DNA of 64,000 bases from an uncultured Desulfatibacillum sp. (GTDB taxonomy: Bacteria; Desulfobacterota; Desulfobacteria; Desulfobacterales; SpSt-501): the NCBI GenBank assembly GCA_964427375.1, contig CAYRUF010000004.1:8690-72689 (forward strand), read 5' to 3'. A model generated the notes under the pieces. That model saw only the letters and a program-made list of their open reading frames with translations, searched no databases and was not told the DNA's origin. Shown here in pieces: positions 45,367 to 54,637 of this stretch. Each line of letters opens with the position of its first letter. The first letter of the stretch is position 1. A program made the translations under genes and the position numbers.

Positions 45367-45921
45367 TCAATCGGCTTGGCGGGCGGCTTCGACTCCGGAG
45401 GCCTTTTCAATGACGTACATGGACACCAGTCCAAAGGCATACCAGAATGCCGTGTACCAGGGCGGGGCGCTGATCCGGCCCCGCATCAACTGGTAGAGTC
45501 CGGAGCCGAGAAGAGCGAGGAAAATACCGCTTGGAATATCTAACTTGCCGCCGGTGACGGCGCGCAGCGACCGGTCCAAGCCGGCCACCGGCTGGACCAG
45601 ACTGTGCATGAGGGGCTGGTTCTGGGCCTCGGCTGCTGGAACCAGATGAAACAACCTGCGCTCACGCGCATGAGCCGCAAGCTTTTCCGGATCGATGTCT
45701 TCTCCAATGAACAGCGCGCTTCCCGTAAGCGGATTGGCTTCAAGGTGCTGGAGCTTCAGCACCCCGCCAAGCCCTTTGACGAGGTCCGCAAAATAAGCCC
45801 CATCCCCCTTGCGGGAAGCGATTTTAATCCGAAGTCGACCGGCGCATCGATGGCAGATGGATGCCTCGGGCAGTTCCACCGCATCGTCCTTTCGCATTGG
45901 GAACGATGCCGCCGGAGCCAT
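45367..45921 (-). CDS. HMA-like (HMA_2-type) domain protein with two C-terminal TM segments
   Basis: ICHRCAGRLRIKIASRK...LEANPLTGSALFIGED. C-terminal GIFLALLGSGLYQLM and WYTAFWYAFGLVSMYVI. The start overlaps the upstream stop (TGATG). Confidence 0.65.
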   Translation of the reverse strand: MAPAASFPMRKDDAVELPEASICHRCAGRLRIKIASRKGDGAYFADLVKGLGGVLKLQHLEANPLTGSALFIGEDIDPEKLAAHARERRLFHLVPAAEAQNQPLMHSLVQPVAGLDRSLRAVTGGKLDIPSGIFLALLGSGLYQLMRGRISAPPWYTAFWYAFGLVSMYVIEKASGVEAARQAD

Positions 45922-46193
45922 CAGGCGGCTTGTTTCTTGGCCCTGGCCGGCGGCTTTTGGCTCTCTGCGATCTCCGCTTTGGCTTCGGCGGCGATGTCTT
46001 CGATGGTCTCCTTGGTTTCCGCCAAGGCCACCTTCGCGCCCTCATAGGCGAGGAGTCCACCCTTGATGACGCCCTTGGCAACCGGTTTCAAGACGCCGGC
46101 GATCACCGGCAGAACGATGGGAGCCAGCAAAACGGCCGCCGCACCAATGGCCACGGCGCCTCCAAATCTGAGCCCGTTTCCGAAAAAGTTCAT
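45921..46193 (-). CDS. Small membrane protein, DUF5132-like
   Basis: MNFFGNGLRFGGAVAIGAAAVLLAPIVLPVIAGVLKPVAKGVIKGGLLAYEGAKVALAE..., one TM plus an amphipathic helix. The family call is from memory. Confidence 0.55.
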   Translation of the reverse strand: MNFFGNGLRFGGAVAIGAAAVLLAPIVLPVIAGVLKPVAKGVIKGGLLAYEGAKVALAETKETIEDIAAEAKAEIAESQKPPARAKKQAA

Positions 46194-46508
46194 GGTAAAC
46201 CTCCTTTCCGAATCTGAATATGCCCGATAGATGGACGATGCACCGCCGTTCTGGAAAGACCATACTGAAGACAGCGATGTTGATGAAGAGGTCGGCGGGA
46301 ACGACGGGATGAGTATTTCTATTAGCAGAGGGAATACGGCGTGTCGAGAAAATAACTCATTAATAAACCTACTTAAAACTGCCAGTATAACCCGCCGTTG
46401 TTTGAGTTTAATTCAATTGATGCTAGTATTTTGTTAGGATGGTACGGGATAGGCTTTAGGAGTCAATCGGCTCGCCATTCGAAATCGGGACAAACGGTGC
46501 GTGTCGTA

Positions 46509-46739
46509 TCACTCCACCTTGATTTTGGTAACCTTTTTCCGGCGCTCGGGTAAATGCTGCTGCTCGAGGTGCTCGATCCGTCCATCCGCCCAGGCCCGAA
46601 TGGCCTTGAGCAATTCGAGCTGGGAACGCTGGAGGTGTTCTCCGATGTTCGACCCGGCGCCGAAGATCTCGTCCATGTTTTTGAAAAAGGCGCCGAACGG
46701 ACAGCCGGCGGTCTCTTTCCGGTGTTTTCCCTTACTCAT
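46509..46739 (-). CDS. Hypothetical 76-aa protein translationally coupled to the ArsA-like ATPase
   Basis: The ATG at 46739 overlaps the ArsA-like stop by 8 nt. No recognised family. Confidence 0.5.
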   Translation of the reverse strand: MSKGKHRKETAGCPFGAFFKNMDEIFGAGSNIGEHLQRSQLELLKAIRAWADGRIEHLEQQHLPERRKKVTKIKVE

Positions 46740-47931
46740 GCGCCCCTCCGCTGAAGGTGATGTTCAAGTAGGGCTCCTCGATCTTGGCCTTGACCGTGGT
46801 TCGTGCTGCCACCTGCCTTGGAAGGAGGATGTGCCGTTTGTAGCTGCCGATACGCAGGACCAGCTCATCGGAGATCTTGCTCAAGTCGATATGCTCCTTC
46901 ACCAGGAAGGGCAGCTTCAGTCTGAGGCAATAGCGCCCGTCCTGCTTCACCAGCCGATAAGGCTCCTCGGCGACGAAGCGCTCCAGAGGATTGAGCCTCC
47001 CATAGATGCGTTCGGACAGGGTCTTGAGGCGGTCATAGCCGATGATTTCCGCCTCGAAGAGATCCACCGGCAGAATCGGTACAGGGTGAAAATACTCCTC
47101 GGCCTTGAGCAGATGGCGTTTCTGGTTCTGGTGCCAGCCCGCAAAATAGGCGTCCCGCACGTGAGGGGGGATGATTCGGTTCATGACCACGGCGTCGATG
47201 CACATCCGGTAAAGGCAGAAGTACATGAACGCACGCTGGGTTTCCTTGAGCACGACTTTCTCGGGATTCGCGACCAGTCGCACCGTCGTGACAGCCGGAT
47301 CGCACAGCACCCGATCGACCCCCTGAAGCCGGTCGCACAACTCTTCGATCGCCTGAAAATAACCTTCGTCGGGAAGCGGCACGTCGTACAGCCGTTTGGC
47401 CACCGGCCGGGCCACCTTCACCAGTGCGCGCTCCATTTTGAAGACTTTCTTCATGTACCACTCCAGCGTGGTGGGAATGCTGATGAAGCGCAGCGACTCG
47501 CCCGTGGGCGCGCAGTCGAGGATGATGACGTCGAACCGGCGCTGGCGCACATACTGGTTGATGTAAAGCAGAAGGCTGATCTCCTCCATGCCCGGCAGGA
47601 TGGCCAGCTCCTCCGCCAGAACCTCGTCCAGGCCCGAGGTGTTCAGCAGACCGGAAAGATAGCCGTGGATCCGGCGCCAATTGCGGCCGATTTCCTCCTG
47701 GATGTCCATTTCCTGGATCCAGAGGTTTTCGGTGATCTTCAAGGGTCGCCCCTGGTTATGGTCCAAGAGCTCCTGCTCGAGATCGAAGATGTCCGCCAGG
47801 CTGTGCGCCACGTCCAGCGACATGACGAGGGTCCGCCGGCCCATCTCCGCCGCACGCACGCCGGTCGCAGCCGCAACCGAGGTCTTTCCCACCCCGCCCT
47901 TCCCCGCAAAAAATAGGATCCTCAACTGCAA
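46732..47931 (-). CDS. ArsA/GET3/TRC40-family ATPase (single ATPase domain plus a C-terminal HSP20-like domain)
   Basis: P-loop FFAGKGGVGKTSVAAATG, DCAPTGESLRFISIPT switch region, and a C-terminal beta-rich LRLKLPFLVKEHIDLSKISDELVLRIGSYKRHILLP. Confidence 0.85.
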   Translation of the reverse strand: MQLRILFFAGKGGVGKTSVAAATGVRAAEMGRRTLVMSLDVAHSLADIFDLEQELLDHNQGRPLKITENLWIQEMDIQEEIGRNWRRIHGYLSGLLNTSGLDEVLAEELAILPGMEEISLLLYINQYVRQRRFDVIILDCAPTGESLRFISIPTTLEWYMKKVFKMERALVKVARPVAKRLYDVPLPDEGYFQAIEELCDRLQGVDRVLCDPAVTTVRLVANPEKVVLKETQRAFMYFCLYRMCIDAVVMNRIIPPHVRDAYFAGWHQNQKRHLLKAEEYFHPVPILPVDLFEAEIIGYDRLKTLSERIYGRLNPLERFVAEEPYRLVKQDGRYCLRLKLPFLVKEHIDLSKISDELVLRIGSYKRHILLPRQVAARTTVKAKIEEPYLNITFSGGAHE

Positions 47932-48137
47932 GCTCCCTTTCCCAGAAATGGACCCGCCAGTTCAGCCGAACCTGGTATACCCTCTACGCCCGCAAGCCGC
48001 AAGCCTCCATTCGTAGGGGCATTCCTTTCTCCAGCTGCACACGCAAAACAAACGGAACCTTAATCGACCGCTCATACAGGGCGCTTACCATTCCCGGCAT
48101 CACTCATTGAAACTCTCAGAGACACCAGGAGCGCCCC

Positions 48138-48992
48138 ATGCCCGACCACTCTAATGAACGAAACGCCATCGAGATCGAAACCCTCAACAAAACCTTCGGC
48201 AAGCGCAAGGCCCTGCACCGAGTCGGCCTTCACGTGGCGCCGGGCGAGATGGTGGCACTCATCGGGCCGTCCGGGTCCGGCAAGTCGACCTTGCTCCGGC
48301 ACATTTCCGGGTTGGTCGCGGGGGACCGCGGCTCCGGCAGCATCCGCGTCTTCGGCCGCGAGGTTCAGAAAAACGGCGCAGTCAGCCCCGACATCCGCCG
48401 GATCCGATCCGAGGTCGGCTTCATCTTCCAGCAGTTCAATCTCGTGGGCCGCCTGGCCCTGCTGACCAACGTGATGGCCGGCATGCTGGCCCGGGTCGGC
48501 ACGGGGCGCAGCCTGCTCGGTTGGTTCAGCGGCGAGGAGAAACAGCGCGCCATGCAGGCGCTTTACCGCGTGGGGCTGGCGGAATACGCCGGCCAGCGGG
48601 CCAGCACGCTGTCGGGCGGCCAGCAGCAGCGCGCGGCCATCGCCCGGGCTATGGAGCAGCGCGCCCGCATCATCCTGGCCGACGAACCCATCGCCTCGTT
48701 GGATCCCGAATCCGCCCGCTGCGTGATGGAATGCCTGACGGCGCTGAACCGGCATGACGGGGTCACCGTCCTCGTCAGCCTGCACCAGGTGCAGTTCGCC
48801 TTGCAGTACTGCCCGCGCTCCATCGCCATGAAGGACGGCCGGGTGGTGTACGACGGTCCCAGCGCGGATCTCACTCCCACCGCCCTGCGCAACATCTACG
48901 GTTTAAAGTCGGCCGATTTCGACCTCGACGGCACCACGCCGTTGAACTTCGGAGTTTGCCAGTCGGTGCCGGCCCTGGCGGCGGGATCGTGA
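48138..48992 (+). CDS. phnC: Phosphonate ABC transporter ATP-binding protein
   Basis: [43 protein letters not shown]. Followed by phnD and phnE. Confidence 0.88.
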   Translation: MPDHSNERNAIEIETLNKTFGKRKALHRVGLHVAPGEMVALIGPSGSGKSTLLRHISGLVAGDRGSGSIRVFGREVQKNGAVSPDIRRIRSEVGFIFQQFNLVGRLALLTNVMAGMLARVGTGRSLLGWFSGEEKQRAMQALYRVGLAEYAGQRASTLSGGQQQRAAIARAMEQRARIILADEPIASLDPESARCVMECLTALNRHDGVTVLVSLHQVQFALQYCPRSIAMKDGRVVYDGPSADLTPTALRNIYGLKSADFDLDGTTPLNFGVCQSVPALAAGS

Positions 48993-49035
48993 GCGGCAGC
49001 CTATAGCGCGCGTTGCCATGCTCTCGATATCGAAA

Positions 49036-49087
49036 TGTGAGATAGGCTTTTAGCCTCGATCATCGCGGCTGGAAAGCCGCTCCCACA
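49036..49087. repeat. REP-like palindromic element, copy A (inverted relative to copy B)
   Basis: tgtgagat...cgcggctggaaagccgctcccaca. The reverse complement aligns with 50269-50319: tgtgggagcggc-[W]tcc-[W]gccgcga...aagcctNtcNcaca. Confidence 0.65.
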
Positions 49088-49198
49088 AAAAAAGCAGAAA
49101 GGTGAGCAGAATCAACAATTTTTGAAGCAGTTGCGCGCTGATGGTTGGAATGGCGTTTGAAAGAATAATCATCAACCCAAATGCAAAGGAGAAAACAG

Positions 49199-50209
49199 AT
49201 GAACAAAGTATGTCGCATTGCAGTGGTCCTGATCGCGGTGATTCTGGGTTCGGCGGTATTTAGTTATGCCGCCGAAGATCTCAAGGAGATCACCATCGGA
49301 GTCATTCCGACCGAGTCGAGCGCCTCGGCCATGAAAGGCTTCGAGCCTTTCCGGGCGGACATGGAGAAGGCCCTGGGCATCCCGGTGAAGCTGTTTATTG
49401 CGCCGGACTACGCCGGCGTCATCGAGGCCATGCGCTTCAATAAGGTCCAGATAGCCTGGTTCGGCAACAAGTCGGCGATCGAGGCCGTCAACCGCGCCAG
49501 CGGCGAAGTTTTCGTTCAGACCGTGGACGTGAACGGCAACCCCGGCTACTGGTCGCTGATCGTGGTGCACAAGGACAGTCCCTACCAGAACATCGACGAG
49601 ATCATCCGCGACGGCAAGAACCTCACGTTCGGCAACGGCGATCCCAACAGCACCTCGGGCTATCTCATCCCCACCTATTACATCTGGGGCCAGCGCGGCA
49701 TCGATCCGACCAAGCATTTTAAGCTCATGCGCAGCGCCAACCACGAGACCAACCTGATGGCCGTAGCCAACAAGCAGGTGGATTTTGCCACCAACAACAC
49801 CGAGAACTGGGACAAGTTCTCCCAGGCCCACCCCGAGCAGATTAAAAACGTGCGCGCCATATGGAAAAGCCCCCTGATTCCGAGCGACCCCATGGTGTGG
49901 CGCAAGGACCTACCCAAGGAGTGGAAGAGCAAAATCAAGGGCTTCTTCCTGGCCTACGGCCGGATCGGGGCGGACAAGGAAAAAGAGCTTGCCGTGCTGA
50001 AAGGCATGAGCTCCGGCTGGGCGCCGTTCCAGGACTCCTCCAACCACCAGCTGCTGCCGATCATGGAAATCGACATGGCCAAGGAAAAAATGAAGATCCA
50101 AAGCAACGATTCGCTGGCCGCGGCTGAAAAGGCCCAGAAGCTGGCCGACATCGACAAGAAGCTGGCCGACATCCAGTCCTACACCAAACTGATCAACCAA
50201 TACAACTAA
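49199..50209 (+). CDS. phnD: Phosphonate/phosphite ABC transporter substrate-binding protein
   Basis: ATG at 49199 follows AAAGGAGAA. Signal peptide, then [48 protein letters not shown]. Confidence 0.88.
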   Translation: MNKVCRIAVVLIAVILGSAVFSYAAEDLKEITIGVIPTESSASAMKGFEPFRADMEKALGIPVKLFIAPDYAGVIEAMRFNKVQIAWFGNKSAIEAVNRASGEVFVQTVDVNGNPGYWSLIVVHKDSPYQNIDEIIRDGKNLTFGNGDPNSTSGYLIPTYYIWGQRGIDPTKHFKLMRSANHETNLMAVANKQVDFATNNTENWDKFSQAHPEQIKNVRAIWKSPLIPSDPMVWRKDLPKEWKSKIKGFFLAYGRIGADKEKELAVLKGMSSGWAPFQDSSNHQLLPIMEIDMAKEKMKIQSNDSLAAAEKAQKLADIDKKLADIQSYTKLINQYN

Positions 50210-50268
50210 CCCAATTACACAGCAGGGGCCCATCGAATGGGGTCGGTTCGCGTAGCAGTTATTTCTAT

Positions 50269-50319
50269 TGTGGGAGCGGCATCCTGCCGCGACAAACAGG
50301 GCCGGAAGCCTCTCCCACA
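50269..50319. repeat. REP-like palindromic element, copy B
   Basis: TGTGGGAG at 50269 and CTCCCACA at 50312 form 8-bp terminal inverted repeats around an internal gcggcatcctgccgc hairpin. Confidence 0.65.
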
Positions 50320-50409
50320 CCCTCTGCCGCGAAGATGGCACATCGCGTCATGACCGGCTGCTTGATAGATGGGCCTCCTGCGCTGAATCCCGCCAAGGAT
50401 GGCCCCGAA

Positions 50410-51207
50410 ATGACCGCCGCATCTCAGATCCTTCCATTCCCCGAAACCCCGCTGCGCCGCAAGCTGTTCCGCCTGCTCGCCGGTCTGTGCTTCGGCGCCT
50501 TGCTGACCTGGGCCTGGCACGGGTCCGAGATGCGGCCGCTGGACTTGATCACCTATCGCGGCAATATGGCCGCCTACCTGTCCGGCTTCCTCACGCCCGA
50601 TTTCAGCGACTGGCGCGCCTATCTGCACCAGACCGCCGTCACCATTCAAATCGCCATCTGGGGCACCCTGCTGGCGGTTGTGGGCGCCGTCCCCTTCGGA
50701 TTGCTTTCCTCCAGCAACGTGACCCGGCCCTGGGTCTACCAGCCGGTGCGTCGCGTCATGGATGCCTGCCGCTCCATCAACGAAATGATCTTCGCCATGC
50801 TCTTCATCAGCGCGGTCGGGCTCGGGCCGTTCGCCGGGGTCCTGGCGCTCTTCATGCACACGCTGGGAACCCTCGCCAAGCTTTTCTCCGAGGCGGTAGA
50901 GGCCATCGACCCCCAGCCCGTCGAAGGCATCCGCGCGACCGGCGCCAACAAGCTCCAGGAGATCGCCTACGGCGTCATCCCCCAGGTGGTGCCGCTGTGG
51001 ATTTCCTATTCCCTCTACCGCTTCGAGTCCAACGTGCGCTCGGCGAGCGTCGTGGGCATGGTCGGCGCCGGCGGGATCGGCATGCTGCTCTGGGACGCTA
51101 TCCGCAGCTTCAACTACGGCGCGACCGCCGCCATGCTGATCATACTGGTCGTGGTGGTGAGCCTGCTGGATTTGGGGTCGGCCTTCATCCGTCGGCGGTA
51201 TATCTGA
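50410..51207 (+). CDS. phnE: Phosphonate ABC transporter permease
   Basis: [23 protein letters not shown]...[23 protein letters not shown]. The start is uncertain (50335 or 50410). Confidence 0.85.
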   Translation: MTAASQILPFPETPLRRKLFRLLAGLCFGALLTWAWHGSEMRPLDLITYRGNMAAYLSGFLTPDFSDWRAYLHQTAVTIQIAIWGTLLAVVGAVPFGLLSSSNVTRPWVYQPVRRVMDACRSINEMIFAMLFISAVGLGPFAGVLALFMHTLGTLAKLFSEAVEAIDPQPVEGIRATGANKLQEIAYGVIPQVVPLWISYSLYRFESNVRSASVVGMVGAGGIGMLLWDAIRSFNYGATAAMLIILVVVVSLLDLGSAFIRRRYI

Positions 51208-51211
51208 CACG

Positions 51212-51688
51212 ATGATGTCTCAGCAGGCTATTCGAGTTGTAGCCGATGCCGCGGATACGCCGGTCATCTCCATCCGCAGGGCCGAAATCGGCGACGCCGG
51301 CCCGCTGGCCGAATTGATGACCGATTTGGGATATCCCACCACCGAAGATGAAATGGCCTGCCGCCTCCGGCCGATCCTTCCGCACGGCGATTATCTCGTG
51401 GCGTTGGCCGTGCAGGAGAGGTCCGTCGTGGGTGCCGTCGGAGCTTTCATCGGTTGGTATCTCGAGTTGAACGGCCGCTATGGCCGGGTGGTCGCACTCA
51501 GCGTGGCCAAAGCTCATCGCGGCCGAGGCATCGGCGCACGCCTTCTGGCACACGCGGAGTCATGGCTGCGCGCCCGGGGAGCCGCCGCCTGCATCGTCAA
51601 CAGCAGCACCCACCGAACCGACGCCCACCGCTTCTATGAACACAATGGTTATGGATTTACGGGGCTGCGCTTCTACAAAAAACTTTGA
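51212..51688 (+). CDS. GNAT-family N-acetyltransferase (PhnO-like role possible by context)
   Basis: Acetyl-CoA site VVALSVAKAHRGRGIGARLLAHAE and C-terminal RFYEHNGYGF. Confidence 0.75.
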   Translation: MMSQQAIRVVADAADTPVISIRRAEIGDAGPLAELMTDLGYPTTEDEMACRLRPILPHGDYLVALAVQERSVVGAVGAFIGWYLELNGRYGRVVALSVAKAHRGRGIGARLLAHAESWLRARGAAACIVNSSTHRTDAHRFYEHNGYGFTGLRFYKKL

Positions 51689-51714
51689 AGAAAGAATACG
51701 ATCGATAGATACAA

Positions 51715-52632
51715 CTAACCTCGCCGCCACGAGGATGACTGGTCAGCATAAAAATCCTCCAACTCCTGATTTTCAGAAGGGGTACAAGCTGCTTGTTTCA
51801 AGGTTTGCTTTACCTCGACCGCACCGGATAGCACCCGCCAATGACCCGGCTCGGTCTGCACAGCTTCCAGAAATCCGCCGGCTTCTTCGATAATGATCTT
51901 ACCGGCAGCGAAATCCCAGAGCTGGATGTCTTCATAAATCAGCCCGTCTATAAAGCCGGCCGCGGCGTAGGCAAGCTCGGCCGCTGCCGCACCTAAGCAG
52001 CGTGCCTTGCGCACCCGGGGCAGGAGGATATCGAGCCGGCGAGTCATGCCTTGCATGGTTTGCCGGTTCTTGCCGAAGCTGACGGTGACGACGGCATCGG
52101 CAGCGCGCTCGACGCGCTTGACTCGAATCGGCCGGCCGTTCAGGAAGGCCCCCCGGCCCGGAAGCCCGACGAAGAGCTCCTGGCTGAAGGGCAGAAAAAC
52201 CACTCCGGCAATCGGCGCGCCCGGCGGCTCATCGGAGCGGCCGCCCGGTCCAGCCGGCCGTCCGGGATCTGAGTAGCAGGCAATGGAAACGCAGAAAAAA
52301 GGAAGCCCGTGCCAGAAGTTCACGGTACCGTCCAGGGGATCGACCACCCAGGTGTAGCCTCCGGCCCCCGCCAGCGCGCCGCTTTCCTCGCTCAGAATGG
52401 CATGCTCCGGAAACTGCTCGCGGATGGCGGCCACGATCGCCTGCTCGCATTTGCGGTCGGTTTCGAGCTTGACGTCGTGCAGCAGGCGGCGGCAGCGTAG
52501 CTTTTCGTTGCGGAAATGATGCATCTGAATGGCGCCGGCGCGGCGTGCGGCGCCGATGGCCGTCTCGAGCACGCGATCGCTTAGGTTCGCCGGCAGAGAA
52601 TGCTCGAGAGGGTCCAAGGCCGTGGTCGTCAT
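51715..52632 (-). CDS. Inositol monophosphatase (IMPase/SuhB) family phosphatase
   Basis: ILSEESG and WVVDPLDGTVNFWHGLPFFCVSIA motifs. Lies directly downstream of phnM on the same strand. Confidence 0.8.
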   Translation of the reverse strand: MTTTALDPLEHSLPANLSDRVLETAIGAARRAGAIQMHHFRNEKLRCRRLLHDVKLETDRKCEQAIVAAIREQFPEHAILSEESGALAGAGGYTWVVDPLDGTVNFWHGLPFFCVSIACYSDPGRPAGPGGRSDEPPGAPIAGVVFLPFSQELFVGLPGRGAFLNGRPIRVKRVERAADAVVTVSFGKNRQTMQGMTRRLDILLPRVRKARCLGAAAAELAYAAAGFIDGLIYEDIQLWDFAAGKIIIEEAGGFLEAVQTEPGHWRVLSGAVEVKQTLKQAACTPSENQELEDFYADQSSSWRRG

Positions 52633-52650
52633 TCGTCCTCCTTTTCGGTT

Positions 52651-53835
52651 TCAGTCGCCGGCACTGTATACCTCGCGGCCGGCCACAAACGTGCGCGTTA
52701 CCGCAGCGACCTTGCGCCGATCGTCCACCAGCACCAGGTCGGCGGCCTTGCCCGGAGCGATGGAGCCGGTGAATGCATCGATGCCGGTGGCCCGGGCGGC
52801 ATTCAAGGTGATCAGCCGCACGGCCGCCGCCAGGTCCATGATGCCCTCGCGGTGCAGCTGCAGGGCCGCGTGCAGCAGAGACATGGGGGCGTAGTCCGAG
52901 CAGAGGATGTCGCCCAGGCCGGCGGTCAGGGCCTCGCGGCCGGAGAGATTGCCGGTCAACGAGGCGCCGCGCAGCACGTTCGGTGACCCGAGCGAGATCA
53001 GCATGCCGTGCCGCCGGGCCGCACGGGCGGCCTCCAGATTCACGGGGAACTCCGACAGTGTCGCTCCCAGGCGGCTGACCGCCGCGACTTTATCGGTGGA
53101 ATCGTCGTCGTGGCTCGCCATGCGGATGCCTTTGTCCCGGCAGACCCGAGCCAAGTGCTCCAGACCCTGCCAATCGACCCGTCGGCTGGCTTCCAGGCGG
53201 CGCTCGATGATCGATTCGACGTGCTTTTCGCTCAAGCCCCGCGCCTTGGCGTAATAGGTTCGGAAATGGGACACATCGGAAAACTGGCCCTGGCCGGGCG
53301 TGTGGTCCATGATCGAGAAGAAATGGATCAATTGCCGCCCGATCAAGTCCTCCACTTGGGAGAACGCCTCGTCATTGGTGATCTCGTAGCGGGCATGGAT
53401 ATGGGTGCGGGCGCTGAAACCGCCCTTCAAGTCGTGGATCTGGTGGATCAGGTAATCGGTCATCTCCGCGCTGCGAAACGGCGGGTGCTCGTCGCTGTGC
53501 AGGAAGCACAGGCAGTGGTAAATGGACGTGACGCCGCAAGCCACCAGCTGCTTGTCGAGCTCCTGGAGCGCCACGTCCACCGGAAAGCGGCCGCCCGGCC
53601 GCGGCTGGATGGCGTTTTCGATGACGTCGCTGTGGATGTCGATGAACCCCGGCAGCAGCAGACGCCCGCGGCCATCGATGTCATCGAATCCGGTCATGAC
53701 GGGACGGCCGACGGCGATCTCGCGGATGATTCCCCTTTCGACGACCACGGCGGCCTCCGGCAGCACCTCATCCGGCATCACCGCACGGACGTTGCGGATG
53801 ATCAGATTGGCGTTCCCAATCGTGTCGTAGGTCAT
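52651..53835 (-). CDS. phnM: Alpha-D-ribose 1-methylphosphonate 5-triphosphate diphosphatase
   Basis: Amidohydrolase fold (LLPGFIDIHSD, MASHDDDS). Overlaps phnL by 4 nt. Confidence 0.85.
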   Translation of the reverse strand: MTYDTIGNANLIIRNVRAVMPDEVLPEAAVVVERGIIREIAVGRPVMTGFDDIDGRGRLLLPGFIDIHSDVIENAIQPRPGGRFPVDVALQELDKQLVACGVTSIYHCLCFLHSDEHPPFRSAEMTDYLIHQIHDLKGGFSARTHIHARYEITNDEAFSQVEDLIGRQLIHFFSIMDHTPGQGQFSDVSHFRTYYAKARGLSEKHVESIIERRLEASRRVDWQGLEHLARVCRDKGIRMASHDDDSTDKVAAVSRLGATLSEFPVNLEAARAARRHGMLISLGSPNVLRGASLTGNLSGREALTAGLGDILCSDYAPMSLLHAALQLHREGIMDLAAAVRLITLNAARATGIDAFTGSIAPGKAADLVLVDDRRKVAAVTRTFVAGREVYSAGD

Positions 53836-54530
53836 GATGATGGTTCCTTCTTGGGCATGGTATAGATGTCGTCCATCAGGCGGTCCATGATGGAACGGTC
53901 GTGGAATATGGCGATGATGGTGGTCCCTCGGGCCTTCATCTCCGAGAGCAGATCCAGCACGACCTGCATGGCCTCGGGGTCGAGGGAGGCCGTGGGCTCG
54001 TCGAGGAGCAGCAGCCGCGAGGGCCGGATCACCGCCCGCGCCAGGTTCACGCGCTGCTTCTCCCCGCCGCTGAAAGTGCAGGGGAAGGCGTCGTGCAGCC
54101 GGGAATCGATTTTTAAGCGCTGCAACAGCCGGCGGGCGTTCTCGCGCGCTTCCGGCCGGGGAACTCCGGCGACCACCAGCGGCTCGGCCACCACGTCGAG
54201 CGCCGGGACCCGCGGCAGGACCGAGAGGAACTGGGTCACATAGCCCATCTCGGTGCGTCGTAAATTGAGGATCTCGTTTTCCGGAAGGCGGGTGAGTTCG
54301 ACGCGGCCGCGGGCCGCCGAGTCATAGGTGATCGTCCCGGAGCTCGTCCGGTAGGTGCGGTAGACGCACTTGAGCACCGAGCTCTTGCCGGTGCCGCTGG
54401 GGCCGGAAAGACCCAATGCCCGGCCGCGCTCCACCCGGAACGAAACGGAAGGGAAGCCGACGATTTCCTTTCCGTTCAGAAAGTGTGAAACGAAGCGTTT
54501 TTCAAGGTTTTCGACGGTGAGCATTTTCAA
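53832..54530 (-). CDS. phnL: C-P lyase system ATP-binding component PhnL
   Basis: GPSGTGKSSVLKCVYRTY, FSGGEKQRVNLARA, LLLDEPTASLD. Confidence 0.85.
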   Translation of the reverse strand: MKMLTVENLEKRFVSHFLNGKEIVGFPSVSFRVERGRALGLSGPSGTGKSSVLKCVYRTYRTSSGTITYDSAARGRVELTRLPENEILNLRRTEMGYVTQFLSVLPRVPALDVVAEPLVVAGVPRPEARENARRLLQRLKIDSRLHDAFPCTFSGGEKQRVNLARAVIRPSRLLLLDEPTASLDPEAMQVVLDLLSEMKARGTTIIAIFHDRSIMDRLMDDIYTMPKKEPSS

Positions 54531-54637
54531 AAACCGTTTTAAGTTTTATGTGTTGAGTTTCAAGCGAATAAAGGGTTGACAGGATGAAGTGCTACGGGAG
54601 TATTTTTCCCCACTTAAAACGTAACACCTAAAACCAT

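Noticed and set aside
46194-46508. 315-bp AT-rich gap with a 68-aa ORF (46231-46437); possible sRNA or hidden gene
   Set aside because: The ORF has no SD and no motif and is low complexity. No convincing structure or conserved element could be identified by eye. Only weak TTAGG half-sites (46434/46456) are present.
46732-47931. ArsA-like ATPase as part of an arsenic resistance (arsRDABC) operon
   Set aside because: It is a single-domain Get3-like protein with an HSP20-like tail, not the duplicated ArsA. It is 33 kb from arsR, and no arsB/acr3/arsD is adjacent.
47932-48137. Pho-box-like sites upstream of phnC
   Set aside because: Only CTTAATC (48059) and CTTACCA (48084) are present, with 24-25-bp spacing. 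They are not in phase and too degenerate to call.
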